The position numbers and the translations under genes are program-made. Under the pieces are notes generated by a model, which had not been told where the DNA came from, made no database searches, and worked only from the letters and a program-made list of their open reading frames with translations. Below, piece by piece: positions 1 through 11,578 of a stretch of DNA of 64,000 nucleotides (position 1 is its first letter; each line of letters opens with the position of its first letter). Source of the DNA: Octopus sinensis (lineage: Eukaryota); NCBI RefSeq assembly GCF_006345805.1, contig NC_042999.1:82832001-82896000 (forward strand), given 5' to 3'.

Positions 1-97
1 ATATATACACACATATATGTATGTATATATATATATATGTATAAATATATACATATATATATACATATATATATGTATATATATCTATATATATATA

Positions 98-169
<72 letters not shown>

Positions 170-330
170 TATATATAATATAATATATATATACATATAT
201 ATATATGTATGTATACGCGTATACATGTTTATACACGCATACATTTATGAATATACGTCTATATACAAAGTTATAGAGAGAGAAATATATAAATACAGAA
301 ACGAAAATTTCCTAGTATATACTTAAAAAT
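1..330. repeat. (TA)n/(TACA)n microsatellite tract
   Basis: Near-pure alternating TA with interspersed CA. Confidence 0.95.
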
Positions 331-339
331 ACATACATA

Positions 340-1400
340 AGTGTGTGTGTGAGTGTGTACGTGTATGTGTATACACATGTTTATATACAAAAATACACAT
401 ACGAATATATATATATATATATATATCACGCGCACACCTACACGCATACATGCATACATGCATACACACAAACACGCACGTACACATACATACATACACA
501 CACACATACATACACCCATACACATACATGCATCCTACACACATACATACACACTCACACATACATACACACACACACACTCACTCACACACCTGTATGT
601 ACGCGCACACACATGCACATACACACACTTCCACACACCCACACGTACATACATACACACTCATACACATACACACACACACACACACGGACATACATCT
701 ATGCACACACATATATACGCACATACTTACATACATTCATCGGACACACTGACACCCAGACATACACACAGACACACTCACACATCCACACACATACATA
801 CACACACACCCGCAGGCGCGCGCACACACCCGCAGGCGCGCGCACACACGCGCTTGCGCCGGTTCGCGCATGCATGCACCTCGCTCTTGGACCCGACGAG
901 ACCTCCCGCTCGTTTCTGGGGCCGTCGCCTGTCGTTGGGTTCTCCCACGCCCGTCTCCGCGGGACCACTCTTCCATCTTCCCCTCAGCTGGAGTCCTTTT
1001 TCCTTATAAACCCCCCCTTTTTGTTACACACACGCGCACACATACATACACCCACTCACACACACACATGTGCTTAAATATATACATTACTCTTACACAC
1101 ACTTCAAATCTACTCGCCATACATACAACTACGACACTGGACACACACACACACTACTACTCAACACACACGCCCCCACCCCTTCCCCTCCCTCCCTTCC
1201 TCCTTCCTTCATTTTCTTACTACTGACCACTGTCTGCTATGCCTACTACTGTTCGCCCTACCTCACACGCCTACACACAGACGCACACACTAACATATAC
1301 ATATATCTTTTGTTTTTTTATCTCGCCTCACACACACATACACACACGCACACGCACACACTCACACATACACACACATCTGTTGCGTTACCAACCCTGT
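340..1400. repeat. Compound (CA)n/(TACA)n low-complexity region with a CpG-rich core at ~810-1000
   Basis: CA/TACA runs flank a GC-rich stretch that includes a duplicated CACACACCCGCAGGCGCGCG. Confidence 0.85.
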
Positions 1401-1552
1401 CTCCACTCTTTTGACTTTAAAAACCTACTTTGCTCTTGTTATCGTAAACTTCCGCCTTTCACCATGTGTACTTCGTAAACACCAGTCGTTTTTTTTTTCT
1501 CCCTCTTGTTGCCCACCTTGGGATCTTTCTTTCCTCTCTCTTCCTTCTTTAT

Positions 1553-1700
1553 GTTTCCGACGAAGAGCTCCGCTCGAAACGTCATACCTTCCTGCTTCCA
1601 TCTTTCCTGAGCGCCTATTAATAATAATACTGTAATTGTTCCACGTGTTGTTGTTTTTTCTGTTTTCCCGTTTGGATTAAAATTATATATATATACGTAC
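1553..1700 (+). mobile_element. Penelope-like (PLE) pseudo-LTR remnant starting with a minimal hammerhead ribozyme motif (1553-1587)
   Basis: GTTT-CCGACGA-A-GAGC-TCC-GCTC-GAAAC-GTC-ATAC. The downstream TTTCCTGAGCGCC...TTGTTCCAC...TTGTTGT is shared with the copy at 25623-25745. Core U4 is mutated to C. Confidence 0.6.
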
Positions 1701-2254
1701 ATGCATACACACACGCAGTCACACACTGAAACACTTACACATGTATATATGAAATAGATTAGCATATAATTGTGCATATATGCATATATTTATATACACA
1801 CACATACACACACCTACATATATGTATATACATGCACATATATGGACACACTCTCACACACATATGAAATATATTATAGTACATAGTTGTGTTACATGTC
1901 GTATGACGAGTAACTTCGAAGGATGCTTTTTGCCAACCATGGGTTATATCAATCACCATGGTTTACATACAATAATTATAGTTTAACTTCCATCAAATTC
2001 CTTGGTGCTAACACAAAATGAGAAAAAAGAATACTAATTTTCACAAGAAATTATTTATTGCGTTAAAGTAAATTTAAACAAAATAAATTTTTCTTTTGTA
2101 TAAATCCTCCCACAACTATTCTATCATTTCTCTCCTCCACTGTCTCCGTGACATTTTTCTCTCTCACTGCGTTTGAGTGCATGTGTGTAGCGCTCTTTTA
2201 CTCATTTCCTGCCAACAAACCTACTGTAAGACCTCATTGTGTACCTCTTATATT

Positions 2255-2304
<50 letters not shown>

Positions 2305-2339
2305 ATATATATATAAAATCGCAAATTTTATTTAATTTG

Positions 2340-2580
2340 CTTTGCGGAAAGGACTGTTTCAAAGAAGTCGCGTCTTGTCGTTACCTTCGTAACGCGGAGT
2401 AGATGAAACAGAGACAACTGAAGAAGGGGAATATTCTTTATGTTGTATGTCGCGTTTCTCTGGGGTTTTTTTCGTTGTTTGAAAAAAGTTCGTTTCTATG
2501 TTTTTGTTTTTATGTTTTCGTTTCTCATTGTGTTCAACATTTTTTGATGTCCTGTACCCATATATCCATGTATATATACA
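2340..2580 (+). repeat. Interspersed repeat family E (CTGA(A/T)GAAGGGGAATATT...GTCCTGTACCCATATAT), probably PLE-derived
   Basis: Homologous copies at 35945-36172 (-), 36361-36560 (+) and 52440-52615 (-). Confidence 0.7.
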
Positions 2581-2650
2581 TATATATGTAGGTATGTACA
2601 TATATGTATATGTATACATGTATTTATATATTATTCATATTATTATAAGT

Positions 2651-2734
<84 letters not shown>

Positions 2735-3852
2735 TATATATATGGAGGCGTTGGATAAATTAACCCACCAACATTTATCGGCCACTTTATATAAATGTAT
2801 ACACATCTGCACTTGAGCGTGCATGCCTATTTACTCAAATGTTAGTAAACCTAACCACACTCACAAATCTGCACACGTACATGTCCATATACATGTGTGT
2901 TTATACACGCAAGCATCCAGATCGCAATATATACACTCCTATGTGTCCCCATTAAATTAGTAATGTGTAGTTGCTGGCATAACTAGATAGTTTTATAAGC
3001 GTGAATATATATAGAAACGACAGAAAGGAGAGCGAATTAGTAAAAGAGTTAAACAATAGGATTACTGGTATGAGATGAGATTGGTCTGGAGATCGAGGAA
3101 TTTTCCAGTAGAATAGAATGAACTTATGAGAACGGTTACAAAACAACTGGCTTTTGATATTTAATCAGTTCCTCGCGCGATTTAATCTAAAAAGGATCGG
3201 TTCTTTTTTAAGCTTACAACGCTTATATTTTTCAAGATTTTCAGCCTCTCACATTTGATAACATTCACTTAACTGCCTAAAATGGTTGTTGAGTGTTGTT
3301 AAATTTTCTTGTTGGCGTGTTTGAAGAATGAACTGTAAAATCTTTGTTTCAACTTGCCTTCAACCATACCTATGTAACTGTTCTTTTCGAGTGTCTGATT
3401 TGGTATGGTCAGCACACCAAATCACTATGCACAATCTAGTTTATGTTGCTTGATTTAAAGAGTAAGAATTGTGATTGCTCTTTAAATGCAGGTATGCATG
3501 AGCAGCCGAGATTACTTTATATATGTATAAGTGTCTGTGTTTACATATATATTCATACATACACACGCTTATACATACATATATACATATCCATACATTA
3601 TAATGCGTATATATCAGTTGCAAATATAAAATTGTTTCAAAACAATACTATAATTACAATGGACAGGAGACGTTCTATAAAATTAATTACAATGTAAATT
3701 CTTTTTATTGAGCACTCTTATTATAAATATCAAAGGATATATATTTTATATACGAAATATTATGTTTCCTATACATTACAATTATGTCATTAATTTGCTG
3801 TAATTATATTTTAACTGCCGATAGTTAAGCACAGTAATGAATGTGTGTGTGT

Positions 3853-3896
<44 letters not shown>

Positions 3897-6027
3897 TGCG
3901 TGTGTGTGTGTGTGTTAAGTATATGTCCTGTGTTAAATGAATTCAAATTTTCTGCTATTAAAAGGATATTTTGGAATTCACTCACAGATTTGGCGTGGTT
4001 CCAATTATCAATATGGAGTGGTCCAAACTTTTGTGCTTTTTCTTTGAAATTTTCAATTCGTGACTAGCTTAAGTTTTCTTACACACATCAATACCATTAC
4101 TTGCTGATGAGTATCCGGAATATTTGAGTCAAAATTCCGGTTTCAAATCTAATTTTGTAGGCCTCAAAGTTCTTTCTATTTTTACCTTTGAACTTCAAGA
4201 CATATGTGCCTTTTCTATATATGCTGATTGGCCTTAAGCTTTTGACCTCAATCCTCGTTCGGCACATCCAAGTAATATCTTTTCTTTTTTTCTCTATATT
4301 TGCTTTCTTTCAGTTTTCTTAATTTTATTTTCTTTCTCTTCTCATCTCCTTCACATGTCATAATGGTTAGTTTCAAACGTGTCCATATCCTGTTCATTAT
4401 ACAACATTATAAAGTATTTAGATTCGATATTCTTGTGATACAATTCTTAAAAATTAAGTTCTTCCTATGCAAATTAATTTTTTTGGAATCAAATAGAGTA
4501 AAAACAATTTTTAAAAAAAGCGACAAATACTGATCAATGAAGTCATATATCTATATTTCGATAAAAACTCACATTTGTATCTGCACATGCACATCTACAT
4601 AAACTAACATACGTATGCATAAACAAACACCCATACATATACATTTGTATATACATACGCACACGGATGTGTACGCTTAGTTATAAACTAATTTAAGCAG
4701 GACGCGAGGAAAATATGCACTTTTTGTGTGGAGAACATTGCTGTTATTCCATTCAGACTTACAGTAGAAACTGGGTCCATGTTCTCATAAGTAAACTAAG
4801 TCCATGTTCTGATAAGTAAACTAATATTCTAACTGTTCGATCCTATAATACAATGCTAAAATGGTTACCTAACTTAATATTGTATTATAAAAGTGCGTAG
4901 AAACTGTTGACTGAGCAATTATGTTTACCTAGTGTATGTTAGTAAAAAAATGGAAGTTTCTTTTCACTGTATGTGTTCTAATGTTCATCGAATATTTCAC
5001 TACTACTACAAGCTGTGTCACCTTTATAGGTTTCTGGGAGGTTTATAGATGGTCTTTATTGACACATTAAGCGATATTTCTTTCACAAACATAAAAAGAG
5101 AGAGAAGAAAGAAGCCGGAGGGAGAGGGAAAACATAACTGGGTAACTTGGTGCTACTGATCACACTTAACTGAATGGATGATGATAATTCCGAAAATGCT
5201 TCACGATGATAAAGCTAATCTTAAACTTACCAGGATCACGAGAGATTAAATTAAAATTAGCCATTAAGTTAATGTTTTCTTCTCGCTGCATAAGAATTAT
5301 TAATTAATTTTTTTCTCTCTCTTCACACCATTAAGTATGACAAACCTAAATTAACTAATTTCGCTTTCTTTTGTTCCACATTTTTTTGTATCTCATTATA
5401 TATTTATGTCTAGTCATCTTTATAAGGCTGTATGCATTAAATATGAGAAGACTAACTTACTTACCGTCATTCTTGCAGATGGCATCTTAGAATTATTTAA
5501 TTTTTAATCATGCATACATTAAAATAGGTACATCAATCTTTATAGATTTTATAAGCAGCGATATGAGACAGAAAAGCTCTTTGTCAGTAGAACAATTTAT
5601 TCTCCGCTTTTTTTTTTTATCAAATGGTTGCTTATAATGCCTCATCAGAATTGATGTTCTTGCTTGACATTGCTGCTTATAATGTCTTATATCACACACT
5701 ATGCATTGAAAATAGAAACAGTGAATATTTATTCATATGATCGTTCATTATTTTTGTTGCTGTTGTTGCTATTATTGTTGTTGGTGTCGTGGTTGTTGTC
5801 ATGCTGCAGAAGTTCGTATCCAAATTTGAATCTTACACCTGACATAAAATATATATTACACTATTTTAATGAACTGCAGCCGCGTGTATAAACATATGTG
5901 TGTATGCATACGTATATACATGCATGTATATATATACACTTACATAAAGACATTCATACAAGCATGCATATACACACACATATTTTATAAATTTTTATAA
6001 ATATATATTATTTACACACATACACAC

Positions 6028-6058
<31 letters not shown>

Positions 6059-6546
6059 TGTGTGTGTGTATGTATGTATGTATGTATGTATGTATGTATG
6101 TATGTATGTATGTATGTATTAGAGTAGTTTCACTTTTTTTTCTATTTTGTGGCACATTACAGATCAAACAAAATATCACTGACGCACTTAGCTTGGGTAG
6201 TTGGAAATCACTAGTGCCCTTCGTACGGAAATTTTTCTTAAAAGATGCTTTAAAAATAAAAACTAGTAAAAAAAAGTTTGTTGAAATCTGTTGCTTACCT
6301 TGTTAAATTAATAATATCAGAGTACAAAAATATAAAAAATATCACATTTGTCAAATTACTGAAGTGGTTATTATGCATGCATTTTCTAAAGGCTTAAAAT
6401 TATATTTTGAAAATTCGCAATGCACCGTTTATGATTCACTTGCGTGTGTGTATGTTTGTGTGGAAGTATTTATCTATGTATGTTTGTATGCATATTTATA
6501 TATATGTATATATATATATATGCATATATGTATACATATATATCTC

Positions 6547-6751
6547 TTTTACTTTTTTACTTGTTTCAGTCATTTGACTGCGGCCATGATGGAGCACCGC
6601 CTTTAGACGAGCAAATCGATCCAGGACTTATTCTTTGTAAGCCTAGTACTTATTCTATCGGTCTCTTTTGCCGAACTGCTAAGTAACGGGGGCGTAAACA
6701 CATCAGCATCGGTTGTCAAGTGATGTTGGGGAGATGAACACAGTCACGGAA

Positions 6752-6770
<19 letters not shown>
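6547..6770 (-). mobile_element. SINE family B, 3' half
   Basis: Reverse complement of the 3' half of the full copy at 16040-16435 (GGCGGTGCTCCAGCATGGCCGCAGTCAAATGACTGAAACAAG tail). Confidence 0.9.
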
Positions 6771-6824
<54 letters not shown>

Positions 6825-6826
<2 letters not shown>

Positions 6827-8740
6827 GATCTCATAAGTGATATTGGCAACATAGAATCCACTATAACCTGTTGCATGGTCGGGTTGTAGGCGACTAAACT
6901 GGCACCACCACCAGGCTATCCTGGTGAGGAGGGTTGCTAGAAGCCCAGTAGGATTAAAAACAAGACCTGATGAAAGTTCGGATGAACCTAGAGCAGGCTC
7001 AATGGCTATCTAGCAATAAGCACGGGTATGCAGAAATTCCGGGATGGCATGTAGTCACCTACATATAGACGGCCCATACAAAGTCGTCTTCTTGACGCCC
7101 GACACAGTGGTAGGATTCGGTTGCTGCATGGGTCTCTGAGCAGCTCCATTTGTCACTCTACATGGAATGGCATTGGACATTTTGGGGATCATTGGTTTGT
7201 GCTAGATATGCAGGGAGTGGCATTGGACATTTCGGGGATCATTGGTTTGTGCTACAGATCATGGCGTTCCTATATTCCTGAGCCTGCGACTCATATTGGT
7301 ACCAGACATCTTGCTCCGGCTTCTCTCTGGATAGTGTCAATAAAGTGGAGAGGTTTCTTTGAAGTGCTATGAGCAGAATATGGATCTTTTCCAGCTATTC
7401 ATTGATTTAAAGAAGGCTTTTGATACTGTGAATAGAGCCTTGCTATGGAAAATACTTGGCAAAATTGGATGTCCGGATCACTCTGTATCTATAATTAAAT
7501 CATTTCATGATGGGATGGAGGCTTGGGTCAATATTGGTGGTAGCATGGCGGGACCTATTCCTGTAGAGAATGATGTCAAGTAGGGTGACATCCTTGCCTC
7601 AATTCTCTTTCTTTTGTATTTTGCTGCTGCTTTTACTCATGCTTTTGCTAAGGTTAGCTCTCTGGGAATGTATGTCAGGTATCGATCTTCTGGCTGCCTC
7701 TTTAATCTGCGCCGATTTGCTGCTAATTCAAAAGTTTTCCAGCCTCTTATTTGTGACCTCCTTTGTGACTTAGTCACTCATAAGTGGATGACAGAAAAAT
7801 ACTTATGAATCATATTTCTGCTTCTTGCAAGGAATTTGGACTCAGCATTAGCCTGGACAAGACTGTTGTAATGCCCGGCCTGCACCAGGAAATCCATATG
7901 TGGAACCAGCTATCTTAGTTGAAGGAACAATTCTGAAAGTGGGAGAGAAGTTTGTCTACCTGAGCAGCGCACTCAGCCGTTCTTGATCCCTGGATGATGA
8001 AAAATCTCTCAGGCTGCAGACAGCAACAGATTCATTCCGGTTTCTTCAGTCGCGTGTCTGGTTCCAGCATGGCATCACAAAGCAAACAAAAATTGCTGTG
8101 TACCGTGCATGTCTACTGACATCGCTCCTTTACAAACGTCCTGTAAGGGTCCTTGAACGTTTTCTTCAGTGATGTCTCAGACTCATTCTGAATGTTGGTT
8201 GGACCTTAAAAACTCCAGACACACAGTTCCTGAGGACAGCTGATATCTTGAATATTGAAGCGATGATGCACAAGCACCAGTTACGTTGGACTAGACACCT
8301 TATTAGAATGAAGAATAGCAGAATCCCTAAGCAGATGCTATATGGGAACTTGTGAATGGAAAGAGACCCGGCAGAAACCAAGGTTGCGATCTAAGGACTA
8401 TGTCAAGTCCTCATTAAAGGCCTGTGATATGCAGGGGACTGACTGGGAGAGCAATGCCTGTCATCGCCAAGGATGGAGAAATCAGGTTAAGGAGGGGGTC
8501 GACACTTTTGAGAGAGCACGTATTCTGTATGAAGAACTTAAGTGTGCTGCTCGCAAGCGCACTACGGTGTAGTGAATGGAAAAAAGCTTGGTTTGCAAGA
8601 TTTGCAGTCGTGTATGCTTGTCAAGAGTAGGGCTCATTAGCCACCAACGGAGCCGCAAATGCAAAATGTAAGTTAGTCCTAAAGCGCACAATGTTTCTGA
8701 TGGTCAGCAATGATCTTCCTCGGTCACGAGTGAACGGCCA
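6825..8740 (+). mobile_element. Decayed RTE (BovB-like) LINE: 5' UTR, internally deleted, RT and C-terminal region with stops and frameshifts
   Basis: Translations include FIDLKKAFDTVNRALLWKILGKIGCP, YFAAAFTHAF...YVRYRSSGCLFNLRRF, EFGLSISLDKT, HQLRWTRHLIRMKNSRIPKQMLYG and a C-terminal C/H cluster (...GLISHQRS). The 5' head is shared with 44125-44676. Confidence 0.9.
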
Positions 8741-8879
8741 TCATATTTATATATATATATATTGGTCTGCTCGCTTAGCCAGCGAGGTGGCGTCATTTGA
8801 AGGCTAAAACAATGCGAAGCGCATTGTAACCAGCGATGTGTAGCAACATCTGATAGTCCGGTCGGTCACAGTGATCACG

Positions 8880-8913
<34 letters not shown>

Positions 8914-9099
8914 TATTTACATAAACTCAGAAACAAGTCCATATGCATGCATACAATGTGTGTGCGTGTGCTTGTGCTTGTGCGTGTGTGTGCATGTGTG
9001 TGTGTGTGAATGTGTGTGTGTGTGCATACTTTCATAAACTCATGGTTCTTTATTTCTCTGTTCTCTCTTTTCTCTAAATATTTCCATTTTCTCTGTCAT

Positions 9100-9670
9100 G
9101 ACATAGGCAGTGGCATACATCAAAGAATTTAATTCTGTGATGTCCTAATTTGAATTCTCATGATAACTTCAGTCGCTTTCTTGAGTTCTGATCTTAGCTT
9201 TGCTCTACCACATGGCTTCAAAGATAGTAACCGTTTCCTTTCCTCTAAGAACATCACTTCCAGGTTTCTGAAGCGGAGAGCAACCAAGTCTGGACTAATT
9301 TCTTCCGGTGACTCTCTAGTTTGAGGTACAGTAATATCTTCTATACATAGTAGATTTCTTGCCTCCATGTCGAAGCTCTGTTCATTCTCCTCTTTTCATG
9401 AGTATTTCTTCTGGATCGGTACTTCCTTACATTTTATTTCGCAGTTCTATTATAATCCCTTTTTATTCTGTCATCTGTAACCACCTGTTGATCTCAATTT
9501 GTCTAATCTAATCAGCTAGTCTTTGTTCATTGACACCCTTCAGCTCATCATATCGATAATATTTTTCCAGAGCTTTTCCTAAAGCCGCTTATCTCTGGCT
9601 CACTCCGAATATAACATTCAAATAACAATTTTTGTGCATTTTAATCTCCTTCGCTGTTGTGGGTCAGTAG
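9100..9670 (-). mobile_element. N-terminal fragment of an R4/Dong-like non-LTR retrotransposon ORF
   Basis: Minus-strand pieces VNEQRLAD*IRQIEINRWL and EERKRLLSLKPCGRAKLRSELKKATEVI resemble the region upstream of RT in R4/Dong elements (recalled similarity). Confidence 0.5.
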
Positions 9671-9789
9671 AAACTTCATTACGATCGGGTTTTACGCTGC
9701 TGTTCTAAAGGACACCTGCCAAATGTGACACAAGCGCTGAAAGCTCTAACCTCGAAGACGTCTGTATGATCATTATTATTGTTGTTGTT

Positions 9790-11537
9790 GTTGAACACTG
9801 GGGCCGATGTAATCGACTCATCTCCTCCCTCAAAATTGCTGCCCTTGTGGCAAAATTTGAAACAATTATTATTATCGTTGTTGTTAAGGCGGTGAGCCGG
9901 GTGAAATACTTAGCGGTATTTCGTCTGCCGTTACGTTCTGAGTTCAAATTCCGCCGAGGTCGACTTTGCCTTTCATCCTTTCGCGGTCGATAAATTAAGT
10001 ACCAGTTACGCACTGGGGTCGATGTAATCGACTTAATCCGTTTGTCTGTCCTTATTTGTCCCCTCTGTGTTTAGCCCCTTGTGGGCAGTAAAGAAATAGG
10101 TATTTCTCCCATTGCTACGTTTTGAGTTCAAATTCCGCCGGAGTCGACTTTGCTTTTCATCCTTTCGGGGTTGATAAATTAAGTACCAGCTGAGGACTGT
10201 GGTCAGTGTAATCGACTAGTCCCCCTCTCCCAAAATTTCAAGCCTTTTGCCCATAGTAGAAAGGATTATTATTATTATTGCTGTTTTGAGTTAACAGAAT
10301 AGTTTACACATCCCAGAAGTACCTGCTGCATTTATTCAGGTTATTTACGCTAAGGGCAGTTTTCCTTCCTGTCCTTTCTGTGTTGATAAATAAAGTACCA
10401 GTCAAGTACTGGTTCCATGTAAGCAACTAAATACCTCCCCTGAAAAAAAAACTGCTCATTATTAGAGCATGGATTGGCAGGTCGTTAGGGCGTCGAAGAA
10501 AATGCATTGCTATATTTATTCCGATTCTTTAGGTTCTAAGTTCAAATAATACTATCGTCAACTTTGACTTTCATTTGTCTGAGGTCGATAAAAAATAAAA
10601 TACCGGTCAAGTACTAAAATCGATGGTTTCAATTGATTCCACACCACCACGCGAAAAAAAGAATATTTTTCAAGCCTTGTACTTATGTTAGAAACAATTA
10701 CTACTACAACAAATTCCTAAGCCTTTTAGTAGTAGTAGTAGTAGTAGGAGGAGGAGGAGGAGGAGGAGGTGGAGTATAGTTGAAATATCTTGGGAATTTT
10801 CTCCAGATACACATGCACACATACATATATATACAAAAACACACAGATTCTCTCTATCTGTTTCTCTTTCGAAAACAATTCAATTATCATTTTGTCAGAT
10901 TTTTAATTAATTAATTAATTAATTAATTAATTAATTAGTTAGTTAGTCATTTACAAAATTAGTGAATCACTTATACAGGAGGAAAAACTAATAAATCATC
11001 ATTTATATATTATATATACAGGGTAATCTTTTTTAGAGTGATTTCCTCGTGTAGTTCTTACGCTCTTTTCCATTCTAATTATCAATGTTTGCTGTCAACA
11101 TAGTGGTTTGGGGTTGCCAGCAAAGTAGAGCGCCAGACTAAACAACAGACGCTTTAGTTCAAATACCAATTTTAGCTTTCAATAATTCCATGGTCAATAA
11201 AATATGCACTAATCAGGAATTAAGTACCGAGGAAATTGTTTATAACCTTCACCGAAATATTCTTTGTATCCCTGTACAGAAAATTATTATTGAAGCTATA
11301 AAAAAAATTTCACTGGCTTGGTTGAATCAGTGGAGCAACAGTAAAAATGATTCGAGCTTTTCATTATAGACCTTTTATATTATATCTTTAATCCTGAGAT
11401 CAACTTTGCCTTTCATATTACGGGGATAGCTCGATAACATAAAGCACTAGTCCAATACCAAGACCGATTTAATACTGTTCCTGCACTCAATATGCTTAAC
11501 CTTTCTAAATCTATTATTATTATTATTATTATTATTA

Positions 11538-11578
<41 letters not shown>

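Noticed and set aside
132-1077. Long ORFs (up to 244 aa) rich in YI/HT/CV dipeptides, and similar ones at 22774-23364 and 36952-37671
   Set aside because: They are translations of stop-free dinucleotide microsatellites with no protein-like composition.
6966-6992. CTGATGAAAGTTCGGATGAA within the RTE 5' UTR as a hammerhead
   Set aside because: There is no paired helix II, no GAAA-helix III and no cleavage triplet geometry.
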